From Eledone cirrhosa (Eukaryota), in assembly GCA_964016885.1 (NCBI GenBank), contig OZ024751.1:9362001-9426000 (forward strand): DNA of 64,000 nucleotides. Direction: 5' to 3'. Positions 1 through 14,474 of the stretch are shown here, in pieces. Each line of letters begins with the position of its first letter. Position 1 is the stretch's first letter. The position numbers and the translations under genes were made by a program. The notes beneath the pieces were generated by a model. The model searched no databases, had not been told where the DNA came from, and worked only from the letters and a program-made list of their open reading frames with translations.

Positions 1-375
1 TCAGATTGACAATCACACAGATTGGCACACACACAGATTGACATACACATCATGGACATACACACACATGGACATACACACACATGGACATACACACACA
101 TGGACATACACACATGGACTTACTCTCAGATTGACATATACACACACATAGATATACACTCAGATTGACATATACACACACATGGACATACACTCAGATT
201 GACAATCATACAGATTGGCACACACACAGATTGACATACACATCATGGACATACACACACATGGACATACACACACATGGACATACACACACATGGACAT
301 ACACTCAGATTGACAATCATACATATTGGCACACACACAGATTGACATACACATCATGGACATACACACAGATTG
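1..375. repeat. CA-rich minisatellite (CATGGACATACACACA / CAGATTGAC motifs, ~111 bp higher-order period)
   Basis: Recurrent catggacatacacacac and cactcagattgacaatcata (191 and 302). Confidence 0.85.
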
Positions 376-545
376 GTATACAGGCGAGGAACATCTACAA
401 TGTCTCTCATCATGTCGAGAGTTCAAATTAACAAACAAGTCGTCGATCTTGTAGCGAAGTGCTGAGAACCGTTCCAATATGTCTTGTAAACGAACTCATA
501 AGACTCTCGACTGCATTGCAGGAATTACCAATTCTATAGTTTAGC

Positions 546-770
546 GTGGAGGCGCGAGGTCTATTGGGTTCGATTCCTGGGTTGCAATTTTTGTTCTTGA
601 GCAAAAAGCTCCATTTCAATGTTGCTCCCGTATACACAGTTGAAATGAGTACCAGCAATATCTGGGGGTTTAACCCTGCGTTGGACTGGCGTCCTGTCCA
701 GGGGGGAGTCTTTTACTCTCAGTCGCTCAACATCATGATACCGGGATAAGCACTGGTCTAACGAGCCTTA
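546..770 (+). mobile_element. tRNA-derived SINE, decayed
   Basis: B-box GGTTCGATTCC (~568), then aatgagtaccagc and gactggcgtcctgtccagggg body; related antisense copy at 4625-4975. Confidence 0.65.
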
Positions 771-1959
771 AATTACTTCAGACATACTTTAGATATTAGA
801 TTATTCCTCGACGTGGTATAAATATGATTTACAGTTAACAATAATTTCATATTACATACAAAAATGATATTGATAATATAATTGACAGAATTTATCTTAG
901 TGTATCATTGTTTAATTTATTGTAGTAAATTGCTGGCGAACCTAAGAGGGAGCCTGAATAAGTTGCCCGGCATGCTAGATAGAGCATCCAAATAGCCCTT
1001 AAATAGAAGGATGTGTAAGAAAGTGTAGATTAGGACTCAATCTGTGACTAGAGGACTCGACGTCTGCTCAATTGAAAGGAACACGAGACGAAACAGAAAC
1101 GCCGACTGAAGTTTAATTTGTTTAGCCCAAAGTATGAAATGCAAAGCAGCCGTTTAAAGTTTCAACTCGGCACGAATGTGAATATCAGTAAACCCTGTAA
1201 TGTATTTTATCAAGTAATCTACCGTCAAGCCATAACTAAGTCTCCATCTTTGAGCCTTATACACCTGGATAATGTTTTACCTTGAGAAAGGAGAAGGGTG
1301 GGGGTGGTAGTTGTAGCGCCGAAATTAATGGTTATATTGCTTCCATTATATTGCATCAACATTATAAAATTGGAATCGCAAATATTAAAAGTTATCTCTG
1401 ATGATTTCTATTGACAAACAGATCCAACACAGCCTGCAATATGACTGTTATAACGTAATGATACTTGAAACCGGAGCTCAAATATACTCTTCTGAGGAAC
1501 ATTGTAAAACATAATGAACCATCAGATTCAGATTCTGTAAAAATCATTCAAAAAGGCGTTCTGTTTATTCACAGCATAATAGCTCTTTTATTAAAGATGA
1601 TTAAACATTTTCAATAACGCTCCTTGGTCTAAATGCAATTTTACTTGATCATTTCTTTTGAAGCTGGCATTCTTAAATAAACAAAAGTGAAGGGTCAAGT
1701 GATTTGTTAGCTTGAAATTTTAATTCTCAATCGATGGCAAACGGATGCTTTCTCCGCTACAGCTGCGTTTCATTGTCAGAGTAAAGCAGCGAAATGAGAT
1801 CAATTATAATTTGAACCAGATTCGTTTCATTTACGTTGTCAAATATTTCGGAAATCAAGGAAAAGATTAGCTGCTGTTGTTTCTCCAATATGATAAAAAA
1901 AAACCATAGATGGATACTTCAGTTAATGGACTGAAGAAATAATTTCATTCAGAGTGTAA

Positions 1960-2200
1960 TTCCAGGTAGTGCCGCTACTTCTCTGAATTGAGATATCATA
2001 GTTCCGAGCAAATCGCTAGACAGATTTTACGGGCAAAGACCCAAGGTAGAACCCCGAACAAGGTGGTTGGATAACATCCATGAGATTGACACGCTTGAGG
2101 ATCTAGCAAGATCAGTTTGAAACTATTGCTTCTGGCAGGACCCGCGACAAGGAGTGTTTGGGGACTTTGGCACCACGACCCTCTGAGGTAAAAGTGGGCG
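1960..2200 (+). pseudogene. RTE-like LINE 3' end relic
   Basis: Encodes a G.RP.GR...RWLDNI-like C-terminal motif; similar to 15150-15520. Confidence 0.5.
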
Positions 2201-2579
2201 AAGGAGAAGGAAAACTTAGCTGCTACTGTTTCTTCAATGTGTTATATAAATCTATACAAGTATGAGATTAGTTCCGTGTTGTAGTTATTTGCGGCTGAAA
2301 TTATATAAAATGTTTTGGGGCGTTGTGTTTTGGTTCTTAGTTTAGTATGCAGGGAAGATGAATAAATTTGAAAAACAATGACCCCAGTAGTCAACTCCAT
2401 TTACAGATCAAGAATAAGATATCACATTTGTAGATAATCAAACATGTCTTTATATATACAACATTCAAAATATAGAAGGGAGAAAATTTGCCTCAAGTTA
2501 TACATTCTACACTTCTAAACATATGATAAATAAATGCGGGAATGTTTGTATGCGTTATATGTGTTGCACACCCATACCC

Positions 2580-4043
<1,464 letters not shown>

Positions 4044-4624
4044 CAACAAGGATATTGAAGTCGTGTGCAGCAACATGTTATGTTTCATGAGAAATTGCTT
4101 TGGGCGTCTCATTTCAAATCTAAATTATTATAAATGACATCGAAACATTCCGGGATCATTATTATATTCTTACCGTTTCGTATGTTTACGCGCCTGATAA
4201 CATAAAATGTAAAACCTACACTACTGACAACACAACATAGAAGTTGAATTGAATTACTTCGTCTCAGAAACCATGTTGATTACAATCGGTTGATTACCAG
4301 AACCTATTATTCTAGGAAATCCATCCATTTCTTATTCAATGCACAATATATACACGGCTGTTTGCCATCATATTCTTCCTACCTAACGTGTGAGACCATT
4401 CGGTAAAATTCAAACATAATACTGTTATGTAGTGCTCTTCAAATAAATCATTCCACATAAAGAAATCTTGTGAATAGCTTTAATTAATTTCCAACAACAC
4501 ATATCATGTTGCAACACAATTCGTTAAAATTGTTAAATATTCTGTATATATTTAAAAGGACAAAAATGAGAGCCATATTTAAAATGTAGTGCTGTTGTTG
4601 TCTAAGTCTCAAGGCCAGAAGCTA

Positions 4625-4975
4625 ATCAAACAGGTGTTTATCCAGGTTTTCTTGGCATTAAGCAATTGAGAGTACAAGACCCCCTCCCCGCACTTGATAA
4701 AATACCAGTCCATCACAGGTGTAAACTCTTAGCTACTGCTTGTACTCATTTAGAGCTAAGTACACTGGAGGAGGTTGAAATAATGTGCTTTCTCTGAAGA
4801 ATACAACACACGGTCCAGGAACCGACCCCAAACTCCCAGCTAGTGCATGTAATCATGTGCATCAATGTATACAAGAGCAAAGTTAACTAATGTGTTTTTA
4901 TCAAGAACACAACACAGAAGCTGGTCCAGGAATCGACCCCACATACGTCCAACATCCTAAACACAATGCCATGAT
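4625..4975 (-). mobile_element. tRNA-derived SINE relic with duplicated head
   Basis: Reverse complement of the 546-770 family; two B-box-like segments (ggtccaggaaccgacccc, ggtccaggaatcgacccc). Confidence 0.55.
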
Positions 4976-5199
4976 CTTTAACTATATTGTTGGTTAAAAT
5001 TCATATTTAGAATGTACATAAACTACACTGAAACCTAGAAAATATTTAATCAACATTTTAACGTATACGCCATTTGTGTAATTCTTTATGTTACAATGTG
5101 GGCACAATAGCACAGTTAATATAAACAATAAAAAAATGTTGATGATCTCTCATTCACTGACTGCCTCCGTCTCTCTCATTCTCCCCATCTCTCACTATT

Positions 5200-5490
5200 A
5201 TGAGCAAATGGGGTACCACACGCTTGTCACCCCCATGGCCATGGCGTATGGAACAGAGAAGGCGTTTCTCCGGAGGTGGATGAGGGGGAGGCGTTGGATG
5301 AGCCATTTTCGCTCGCGAAGCCCACATTTGCCGGTAGCCAACTCCATACGGATGATCATGAGTTGGGAGGAGGTCCCACGGCCAAGGACACCAGAAGTAT
5401 CCACTGTGGTTACAAGTTTCTAACAGGCTTTCCACTAATCCAGAGTGTCTCTCCAAGAAGAAACGTAGCATGGAAAGGAACATATGACCC
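5200..5490 (-). pseudogene. Possible CR1-like LINE 3' relic
   Basis: Minus-strand FFLERH...LLETC and HLRRNAFSV resemble the CR1 ORF2 C-terminus (FSLERRRLRGDLIET / RRNFFSV). Confidence 0.3.
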
Positions 5491-5829
5491 TGGAGTTTCA
5501 GTTTATGTACATATGTTTATATATCCTTTATTATTTATACATCACATTGAAACATATTCCGCATATATAATTGCATACATATATTTCTCCACAAGTCCAG
5601 CTTCATCGAGCTCATTCCTACCTTTCTCCTTTCCTCCTTCTCTGTACCCCTCTCATTTCTCCTCTCATGCTTTAGACTCTCTTCTTTTTTCTCCCACTCT
5701 CTGTTCGATATGAGGTTAGATCTTAACCCGACTTTTCACAATACATATATTACCCAGCAGTTTACGGCTACACGTCGCGCTGCTAGTAATACTACAATTT
5801 TATGAAAGAAAAAAAAAATATTTATATAC

Positions 5830-5973
<144 letters not shown>

Positions 5974-6126
5974 ATAAATGCTCTGAAATAGCGATATATA
6001 TGTGAATATAGACATAGAATATTCGAAAATATTCTGTATGTTTATAATAAACATTTTGAAGACCTAATCGCTATAGAATAGAATACGTCACGTATTACAA
6101 TTAGATTCTCGATAAAAGCAAGGGAA

Positions 6127-6169
6127 GTAATCTACGCGTTTCATTCTTGTTAGAAATCATCAGGACTAC
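6127..6169 (-). ncRNA. Type I minimal hammerhead ribozyme (array copy)
   Basis: RC: gtagtc CTGATGA tttctaacaagaat GAAA cgcg TA gattac. Confidence 0.8.
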
Positions 6170-6436
6170 ATATCCAGTGCTTTTATCGAGAATGACACAG
6201 CTAGAGACTTATAGAATACTTAGCTGTGTACAGGAACTGGTTTGAAAGAGCGGTTGCCGGTCCGGCAGAAATTAGAAATTGGAATAAATGCTCTGAAATA
6301 GCGATATATATGTGAATATAGACATAGAATATTCGAAAATATTCTGTATGTTTATAATAAACATTTTGAAGACCTAATCGCTATAGAATAGAATACGTCA
6401 CGTATTACAATTAGATTCTCGATAAAAGCAAGGGAA

Positions 6437-6479
6437 GTAATCTACGCGTTTCATTCTTGTTAGAAATCATCAGGACTAC
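6437..6479 (-). ncRNA. Type I minimal hammerhead ribozyme (array copy)
   Basis: Same as 6127-6169, +310. Confidence 0.8.
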
Positions 6480-6746
6480 ATATCCAGTGCTTTTATCGAG
6501 AATGACACAGCTAGAGACTTATAGAATACTTAGCTGTGTACAGGAACTGGTTTGAAAGAGCGGTTGCCGGTCCGGCAGAAATTAGAAATTGGAATAAATG
6601 CTCTGAAATAGCGATATATATGTGAATATAGACATAGAATATTCGAAAATATTCTGTATGTTTATAATAAACATTTTGAAGACCTAATCGCTATAGAATA
6701 GAATACGTCACGTATTACAATTAGATTCTCGATAAAAGCAAGGGAA

Positions 6747-6789
6747 GTAATCTACGCGTTTCATTCTTGTTAGAAATCATCAGGACTAC
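6747..6789 (-). ncRNA. Type I minimal hammerhead ribozyme (array copy)
   Basis: Same as 6127-6169, +620. Confidence 0.8.
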
Positions 6790-7056
6790 ATATCCAGTGC
6801 TTTTATCGAGAATGACACAGCTAGAGACTTATAGAATACTTAGCTGTGTACAGGAACTGGTTTGAAAGAGCGGTTGCCGGTCCGGCAGAAATTAGAAATT
6901 GGAATAAATGCTCTGAAATAGCGATATATATGTGAATATAGACATAGAATATTCGAAAATATTCTGTATGTTTATAATAAACATTTTGAAGACCTAATCG
7001 CTATAGAATAGAATACGTCACGTATTACAATTAGATTCTCGATAAAAGCAAGGGAA

Positions 7057-7099
7057 GTAATCTACGCGTTTCATTCTTGTTAGAAATCATCAGGACTAC
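7057..7099 (-). ncRNA. Type I minimal hammerhead ribozyme (array copy)
   Basis: Same as 6127-6169, +930. Confidence 0.8.
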
Positions 7100-7366
7100 A
7101 TATCCAGTGCTTTTATCGAGAATGACACAGCTAGAGACTTATAGAATACTTAGCTGTGTACAGGAACTGGTTTGAAAGAGCGGTTGCCGGTCCGGCAGAA
7201 ATTAGAAATTGGAATAAATGCTCTGAAATAGCGATATATATGTGAATATAGACATAGAATATTCGAAAATATTCTGTATGTTTATAATAAACATTTTGAA
7301 GACCTAATCGCTATAGAATAGAATACGTCACGTATTACAATTAGATTCTCGATAAAAGCAAGGGAA

Positions 7367-7409
7367 GTAATCTACGCGTTTCATTCTTGTTAGAAATCAT
7401 CAGGACTAC
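7367..7409 (-). ncRNA. Type I minimal hammerhead ribozyme (array copy)
   Basis: Same as 6127-6169, +1240. Confidence 0.8.
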
Positions 7410-7734
7410 ATATCCAGTGCTTTTATCGAGAATGACACAGCTAGAGACTTATAGAATACTTAGCTGTGTACAGGAACTGGTTTGAAAGAGCGGTTGCCGG
7501 TCCGGCAGAAATTAGAAATTGGAATAAATGCTCTGAAATAGCGATATATATGTGAATATAGACATAGAATATTCGAAAATATATATCGCTATTTATATAT
7601 CGCTATTTCAGAGCATTTATTCCAATTTCTAATTTCTGCCGGACCGGCAACCGCTCTTTCAAACCAGTTCCTGTACACAGCTAAGTATTCTATAAGTCTC
7701 TAGCTGTGTCATTCTCGATAAAAGCACTGGATAT

Positions 7735-7777
7735 GTAGTCCTGATGATTTCTAACAAGAATGAAACGCGTAGATTAC
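7735..7777 (+). ncRNA. Type I minimal hammerhead ribozyme (array copy)
   Basis: Stem I gtagtc/gattac, CTGATGA 7741-7747, stem II ttct-aaca-agaa, GAAA, palindromic stem III ACGCGT, predicted cut after GUA (7771); distal stem I 7711-7726/7784-7799. Confidence 0.85.
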
Positions 7778-8044
7778 TTCCCTTGCTTTTATCGAGAATC
7801 TAATTGTAATACGTGACGTATTCTATTCTATAGCGATTAGGTCTTCAAAATGTTTATTATAAACATACAGAATATTTTCGAATATTCTATGTCTATATTC
7901 ACATATATATCGCTATTTCAGAGCATTTATTCCAATTTCTAATTTCTGCCGGACCGGCAACCGCTCTTTCAAACCAGTTCCTGTACACAGCTAAGTATTC
8001 TATAAGTCTCTAGCTGTGTCATTCTCGATAAAAGCACTGGATAT

Positions 8045-8087
8045 GTAGTCCTGATGATTTCTAACAAGAATGAAACGCGTAGATTAC
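8045..8087 (+). ncRNA. Type I minimal hammerhead ribozyme (array copy)
   Basis: Same as 7735-7777, +310. Confidence 0.8.
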
Positions 8088-8354
8088 TTCCCTTGCTTTT
8101 ATCGAGAATCTAATTGTAATACGTGACGTATTCTATTCTATAGCGATTAGGTCTTCAAAATGTTTATTATAAACATACAGAATATTTTCGAATATTCTAT
8201 GTCTATATTCACATATATATCGCTATTTCAGAGCATTTATTCCAATTTCTAATTTCTGCCGGACCGGCAACCGCTCTTTCAAACCAGTTCCTGTACACAG
8301 CTAAGTATTCTATAAGTCTCTAGCTGTGTCATTCTCGATAAAAGCACTGGATAT

Positions 8355-8397
8355 GTAGTCCTGATGATTTCTAACAAGAATGAAACGCGTAGATTAC
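8355..8397 (+). ncRNA. Type I minimal hammerhead ribozyme (array copy)
   Basis: Same as 7735-7777, +620. Confidence 0.8.
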
Positions 8398-8664
8398 TTC
8401 CCTTGCTTTTATCGAGAATCTAATTGTAATACGTGACGTATTCTATTCTATAGCGATTAGGTCTTCAAAATGTTTATTATAAACATACAGAATATTTTCG
8501 AATATTCTATGTCTATATTCACATATATATCGCTATTTCAGAGCATTTATTCCAATTTCTAATTTCTGCCGGACCGGCAACCGCTCTTTCAAACCAGTTC
8601 CTGTACACAGCTAAGTATTCTATAAGTCTCTAGCTGTGTCATTCTCGATAAAAGCACTGGATAT

Positions 8665-8707
8665 GTAGTCCTGATGATTTCTAACAAGAATGAAACGCGT
8701 AGATTAC
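8665..8707 (+). ncRNA. Type I minimal hammerhead ribozyme (array copy)
   Basis: Same as 7735-7777, +930. Confidence 0.8.
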
Positions 8708-8827
8708 TTCCCTTGCTTTTATCGAGAATCTAATTGTAATACGTGACGTATTCTATTCTATAGCGATTAGGTCTTCAAAATGTTTATTATAAACATACAG
8801 AATATTTTCGAATATTCTATGTCTATA

Positions 8828-8890
<63 letters not shown>

Positions 8891-8898
8891 ATATATAT

Positions 8899-9061
8899 TA
8901 CATATTTGATATATATTTATCCTTATCGAGCCCTCTTTGGATTTTAATCTTCAAATATATTATTATTACTATATATATATATAGTAATAATAATAATATA
9001 TTTGAAGACTAAAATACAAAGAGGGCTCGATAAGGATAAAATATATATATCAAATATGTAA
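8899..9061. repeat. ~160 bp inverted repeat centred on (AT)n
   Basis: ttatccttatcgagccctctttg ... caaagagggctcgataaggataa; related copy at 62980-63035. Confidence 0.85.
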
Positions 9062-9249
9062 GAACCGTAGAGCAAATATTTATTAAAATAACAGATTAAA
9101 GTTTTAAGCAAAGAATCGCTGCTTTCAACCTTAACGGGATCTTCTGAAACTAAAAGATTCAATCTGTGAACGCAGAAGTAAATATTTCAAAAAACTTGCA
9201 ACCGAAGGAAGACAGGAAGGCGATACTTTGGTTCGTGGAATCGTTCCCT

Positions 9250-10155
9250 GTTCTCTCTACCCTCAATTTGTCGAATGACTTGCACTACCCGTATAGAAAG
9301 CCGAATGATACGCTTAATTACATAAGAAAGCATTCTAATCATCCTGCCAGCATAACCAAGAACCTGGTAAGAAATGTTTCTTTGAGGCTTTCCCGTCTAT
9401 CTAAAAACGAGCATATTTTCACCGATCATTCCACATATTACAATGAAGCTCTTGCTCGGAGTGGATTTGTCGATAAGGTAGCATATACAGAGTATGAGAA
9501 TAGACCTAGGAAAAATAGATCGCGACGCATTATATGGTTTAACTCACCATATAATATGGAGGTGGCCACACCATTAGCTAAGATCTTTCTCTCCCTTATT
9601 ATTAAGCATTTCCCCCCAGCAGATATATATAGCAAAATTGTTAATAGAAATATCATTAAAAGTTCTTACTCTACGACTCATAACATTGCACATAAGATCA
9701 AAGCTTCAAATTTAGGCTAATTACCTACCCGTAGGAACACGTGCGACCCTGTAGCTAGTACTAACTGTAATTGTAGGAATCGCGTTGACTGCCCCCTATC
9801 CGGGAAATGCCTTTCTAGTAACATTGTATACAAATGTAAGGTTGAAACACCCATGTCGCGTAGGGCCTACATAGGGTTAACAGCCAATAGATTCAAGCAG
9901 CGTATTTACATGCATACCCATTCTTTTCTTAGCCCTTTAAGAAGGAATATGACGTCACTTTCAGCTTGTATCTGGAGTCTAAAAGACAACCACACCCAAT
10001 ATAAGTTACACTGAAAGATCCTAGTTAAGGCTAGATCGTATAACGGTAACAAAAGACCATGTGACCTCTGCGTCGCTGAAGCCCTGGAAATACTCTACGC
10101 CAAAGACCACATCTTAAACAAAAAATCTGAGGCAATTTCGGCTTGTAAACATTAA
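9250..10155 (+). pseudogene. PLE RT thumb + GIY-YIG endonuclease remnant with in-frame stops
   Basis: PYRKPND..YI..HSNHP; RRIIWFNSPY; CNCRNRVDCPLSGKCLSSNIVYKC...YIGLTANRFKQR; CDLC..E..LNKKSE...CKH; stops at 9718 and ~10012. Confidence 0.85.
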
Positions 10156-10376
10156 TTGCAGAAAACTTTCCTGTATTACAGCCCCACATTATACCCTAAC
10201 GGATAGTACGAACTATACGCGGATATTTTACGTCTTGATGTGGTAGCTAATTATATGTTATGTTTATACCATTACTTATTTGTATAGGTAAGTATATATT
10301 ACCTGTATGTTTTGTGAAGGTACGTATACTTTCTCGTATACTTGCTTGTATATGTTATAGGCGTATATATTATATA

Positions 10377-10555
10377 ATTGTTTCTACTTTTTGGCACAAG
10401 GCCAGCAATTACCCAGTACATTACTGGTACTTTATTTTATCGAGCCCGTAAGGATGAAAGGCAAAGTGAACCTCGGCGGGACCTGAACTCAGATCGTAAA
10501 GGTCATAATTATGCTGGAAAGCATTTCCGACCCTCTACCGATACTGCCAATTCCC
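10377..10555 (-). mobile_element. tRNA-derived CORE-type SINE (octopus-like)
   Basis: RC has A-box tggcagtatcgg, B-box-like gagttca, ctttgcctttcatcc core, ccttgtgcc..agaaac tail. Confidence 0.85.
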
Positions 10556-11113
10556 CATTATATTACCAGTATATATTATATAATAAATACTGGTACATGT
10601 GGTTATGTGGATACGTGAGTTTTGCGTCTGTGTGAGTATGCGAGTTCGTACTATGTAGGGGGTGTGTATACGTGTACTTTGTGTTTTGGTTAGCGAACTT
10701 ATGTGTATTTACATGTAGGAATGTGTGTGCGCGCGTTATATACGTACTTATGTGTGTATATTTATATACGTTTATATAATTATATGTATACACGCACCCA
10801 TGTATATATTTAATTTTTGTTGATTTCAATTACCTCTGTAATCTATTTACATTATTCTTAACTCTGAAGCCGAGAATCATTCGGTTTCCTAAATAGAATT
10901 TTAGTCTACGACTTCAGTTATACCATAAAGGTGGTTTTGTCTTTGCGTGTAATTGTTCTCACGCACCACATAATGACGTATTATCTTCGTTTTTTTCCGT
11001 TCATTGCCAGAGAACGTCTCCACGAAACACCTAATAGAATATTAGTCCACGACTTCATTTATACCATAAACGTGGTTTTGTCTTTGCGTGTAATTGTTTT
11101 CTCGCTCCAAATA

Positions 11114-11220
11114 ATTGTTTCTACTTTTTGGCACAAGGCCAGCAATTACCCAATGCATTACTGGTACTTTATTCTATCGACCCCGGAAGGATGAAAGGCA
11201 AAGTTAACCTCGGAGGGATT
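11114..11220 (-). mobile_element. 5'-truncated CORE-type SINE with 18-bp TSD
   Basis: tttctcgctccaaataat at 11098-11115 and 11219-11236. Confidence 0.85.
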
Positions 11221-11440
11221 TCTCGCTCCAAATAATGACGTATTATCTTCGTTTTTTCCGTCCTTTGCCAGGGAACGTTTCCACTAACCAAAGTATCGTC
11301 TTCCTGTCTTCCTTTCGTTGCAACGTTTTTCGAAATATTTACTTCTGCGTTTACAGATTGATTTTTTTAGTTACAGAAGATCCCGTTAAGGGTGAAATCA
11401 GTGATTCTTTGCTTAATCTTTAATCTGTTATTTTAATAAA

Positions 11441-11475
<35 letters not shown>

Positions 11476-11479
<4 letters not shown>

Positions 11480-11724
11480 TTTGGGAAACGTACGTAAGAT
11501 AAAGAAATATTTACATGTTTACTGCAGTTTCATTGAGCAAACTCAGCCTGAGCTGTGGAAATCTCAAATTGCCGGGGAACCTTTCAGTCGACTTTCTTTC
11601 TTCCTTAAAAGTTCCCTCATGATTTGAGATTGTCACAGGGTGAGTTTTCCCAATGAAAATGCAGTAGGAACATAAGTAAATAGGTAAACATTTCTTTAGC
11701 TTATTTACGTTTCCAAAACTAATT
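11476..11724. repeat. ~250 bp fold-back; both arms carry an HHR 3' half
   Basis: Imperfect palindrome; GAAA-ctgcag-TA on minus (~11520-11531) and gaaaatgcagta on plus (11655). Confidence 0.7.
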
Positions 11725-11797
11725 TGTACTATGCTCTGAATAATTGATTTTTATTGATCATCGAGCAAAATTGGTATTTGTCGGAGTCCCTCACATG

Positions 11798-11881
<84 letters not shown>

Positions 11882-12791
11882 ATTCATGAGGGAAATGTTT
11901 ACTTCCATGGATGGTAGATTTAAAGCAGTAGTAAAATAAGGCGAATAGTATAACTTGATGTCATGTAAATGTCAAATACGAGCCTGCTGGTTCACACTTA
12001 CACTACATCAACATAACCTTTCATTTTCTGCCATAACTGGTAATTTTCCATGCATTTATGCCAACAACCAATCAGAAAGATCTATGCATATAAATCTATA
12101 AAATACATGGAATCAAATAATTGTAGAATATGTTTGGGAATAGTTTTTGCCTTCTTTTCTAAAGCTTCTAACCAAGTTGAAAGGCATTTGATTATCGATT
12201 GAGTCACTTTGAAATACATAAAGCAACTGCAAATGAAAACATTGAAAGCAGAGTGGGCTACATAAGTTTTCAACTGTAAAACTCTTTATATAAATTTTAA
12301 AAGGTAAAGAAATATAGTAAGAATGAGAGAAGAGGCGTTACATCCTAACTTCTTTTATCTTTTAAATCCTTAAGTTTAATAAGTGGATAGAAACTGTAAG
12401 ATAACTAATATTAATGACAGTATTCCTCATTTGTTCTTTTACGTAGGAGATTCAACTTGTAAATAAAAGTTAACTACATTCATAGAATTTTAGTTAGTAA
12501 CATTTATGCGTAAATTCTACGTTTGACTCACGTGACCTGCGTTAACAATTCTTGGATTGAAAAGATTTTGGATTTTTCAGATACTATTTTTTCATTCTGT
12601 TTTATTACAGATCAGCATTTTCTATGTCAGATCAATTAATTTTCAAACATAGAATAGTGAAATAAAATATAAGTCCAACAAATAAACACAATTGTACTGC
12701 ATGTTTTCGATTGTGCACTACGTACGTCTCTTAATAGTTAAAAATGATGCACACATAGATACATAAATATATACATACATACACACATACC

Positions 12792-12875
<84 letters not shown>

Positions 12876-13886
12876 TACGGGAGACAGCTGAGATAAAACA
12901 GTATTCAATATTAATATCCATTTTAATATCCATGTTATTAAGGCTAAATAGTGCATCTTATTACTCTGGAGTTTCGCTTTAAGAAAACAAAAATATATAT
13001 ATATATATAAGTTCTATGCGTTGATTTACATTATTTCCTGACCGTAACTTCCCGCCCGAGCCCCCTTATGGTCCATTGAAAGGTAACCATTGTGTGTTCC
13101 TCTACTACATCTTCCCTAGATTTGAACACAAATCCAAGCATTACATAGGAATGATACCTCATACCTCATTACAAGGAATGATACCTCATATTCGATAGTT
13201 TAAGACGTGAATTGTACAACACTAATGTAGCTATTTTCAGTCAAGTTGACAGATATATTGAGGTTTAGCTATCTGTGCTATAAATAAAATATCAATTGAT
13301 ATATTTTCAATGTGTCTTTCTGCCATTTTGTGCCATCAGCGTTACTAGGCATAATAAATGTTTCTTAATGTTAATGGATGAATGATGAGTTTAACATGAG
13401 TTTGATTTTGTGCATCAGCAATCACACATTTCTCTTACTTATAAACAGAAACGCAAATCTAATGAATATTAGACTAATCCAAAAGATCGCAACATTTCGT
13501 CTGTGATTCATTGAAGACGGAAAGATGTTTTTCACGGTGATAGAAGAAAATGATAACATATCTTTTTAAGCACTGGTCTTTTATTACTTTTATAGCTGTG
13601 TCTGCTTATGAGACAAATTTATAGCTAGAGGAATTGATCTAGTGCAACAAGGATCTTTTGGTCATGAGTATTCCATAAAGCTACTTACGTTTGTCTGATT
13701 GCTCAAAAATACATTCTACCCTCGATGATGAAAGCCATTTAATAGTTTAGGCGGAGGAGAAATAGGAGAATATATCATCGTTGTTTTGAAAGAACGATGA
13801 AATAGATGGGAGAGTGGAGAAAGATTACAACTATCTTCTCCTTCACTTTGAGATTAATCATATGTAGTGTTCCTAAAAGGACATTG

Positions 13887-13970
13887 CGGCAGCGAATTGG
13901 CAGATTCGTTAGAACGTCGGATAGAATGCTTTATGGTATTTGTTCCGACTCTCTGCTCATTTGCTGAGCT
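13887..13970 (+). mobile_element. SINE head fragment
   Basis: cggcagcgaattggcagattcgttagaacgtcgg, tRNA-like A-box region. Confidence 0.5.
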
Positions 13971-14474
13971 AAGGCCTGGCGCGTGTTGGGCTACGCTAGA
14001 CTTAAAAAGCGCAAGAAGCACCATATGTCAATATGGTGCTCCTACGATTTTATCTGAAGATACAGGACCATGCCATAACATACCATACCAAAAGTATATT
14101 ATCTAATGTAGCCTTTCTTTTTAAAAGGGCAGTGTGTTATTTTAAGAGAGTTTGCATTATGTCTAACATGTACAAGAACTGCAAAGAATCTCTCCCCTTT
14201 ACTTGCACGCTATGAAGGACATCTAAATTTAAAACATTTAATCCAACAGTATTTAATTATTGAAATACGTGAAAGCTACTTTGAAAAACAGAATAGTGAT
14301 GTGAATATGCTGTGAGGGATTCACCATTGACTTTGTGTGTTGTGTAGAATAACTCCTGTTTAGGAAACTTAACATGTACGAGACGACTGCAGAATCTAGC
14401 TGGCTGTGTGATGATATTGATGATGTAGATAATGGTGAGGCATGTGGCTCTGGATCTACTGTTGATGATAATAA

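Larger units (their letters stand above)
7595..8831 (+). repeat. Right (inverted) arm of 310-bp HHR-containing tandem array (4 units)
   Basis: Reverse complement of the left arm, period 310, ends in (AT)n. Confidence 0.95.
9076..11443 (+). mobile_element. 5'-truncated Penelope-like element (Naiad-like GIY-YIG) with an inverted terminal segment
   Basis: 9076-9250 is the reverse complement of ~11269-11443; internal ORF remnant; flanked by (AT)n; internal ~145 bp duplication at 10888-11290. Confidence 0.85.

Noticed and set aside
10005-10020. In-frame TGA in the Naiad-like GIY-YIG ORF as selenocysteine
   Set aside because: It lies at a position that is normally Trp (W.I motif), and the copy has other stops, so TGG>TGA decay is simpler.
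12000-12273. Possible minus-strand host exon with GTAAGT donor near 12001
   Set aside because: No recognisable homology, and the frame contains a stop; cannot be supported without transcripts.
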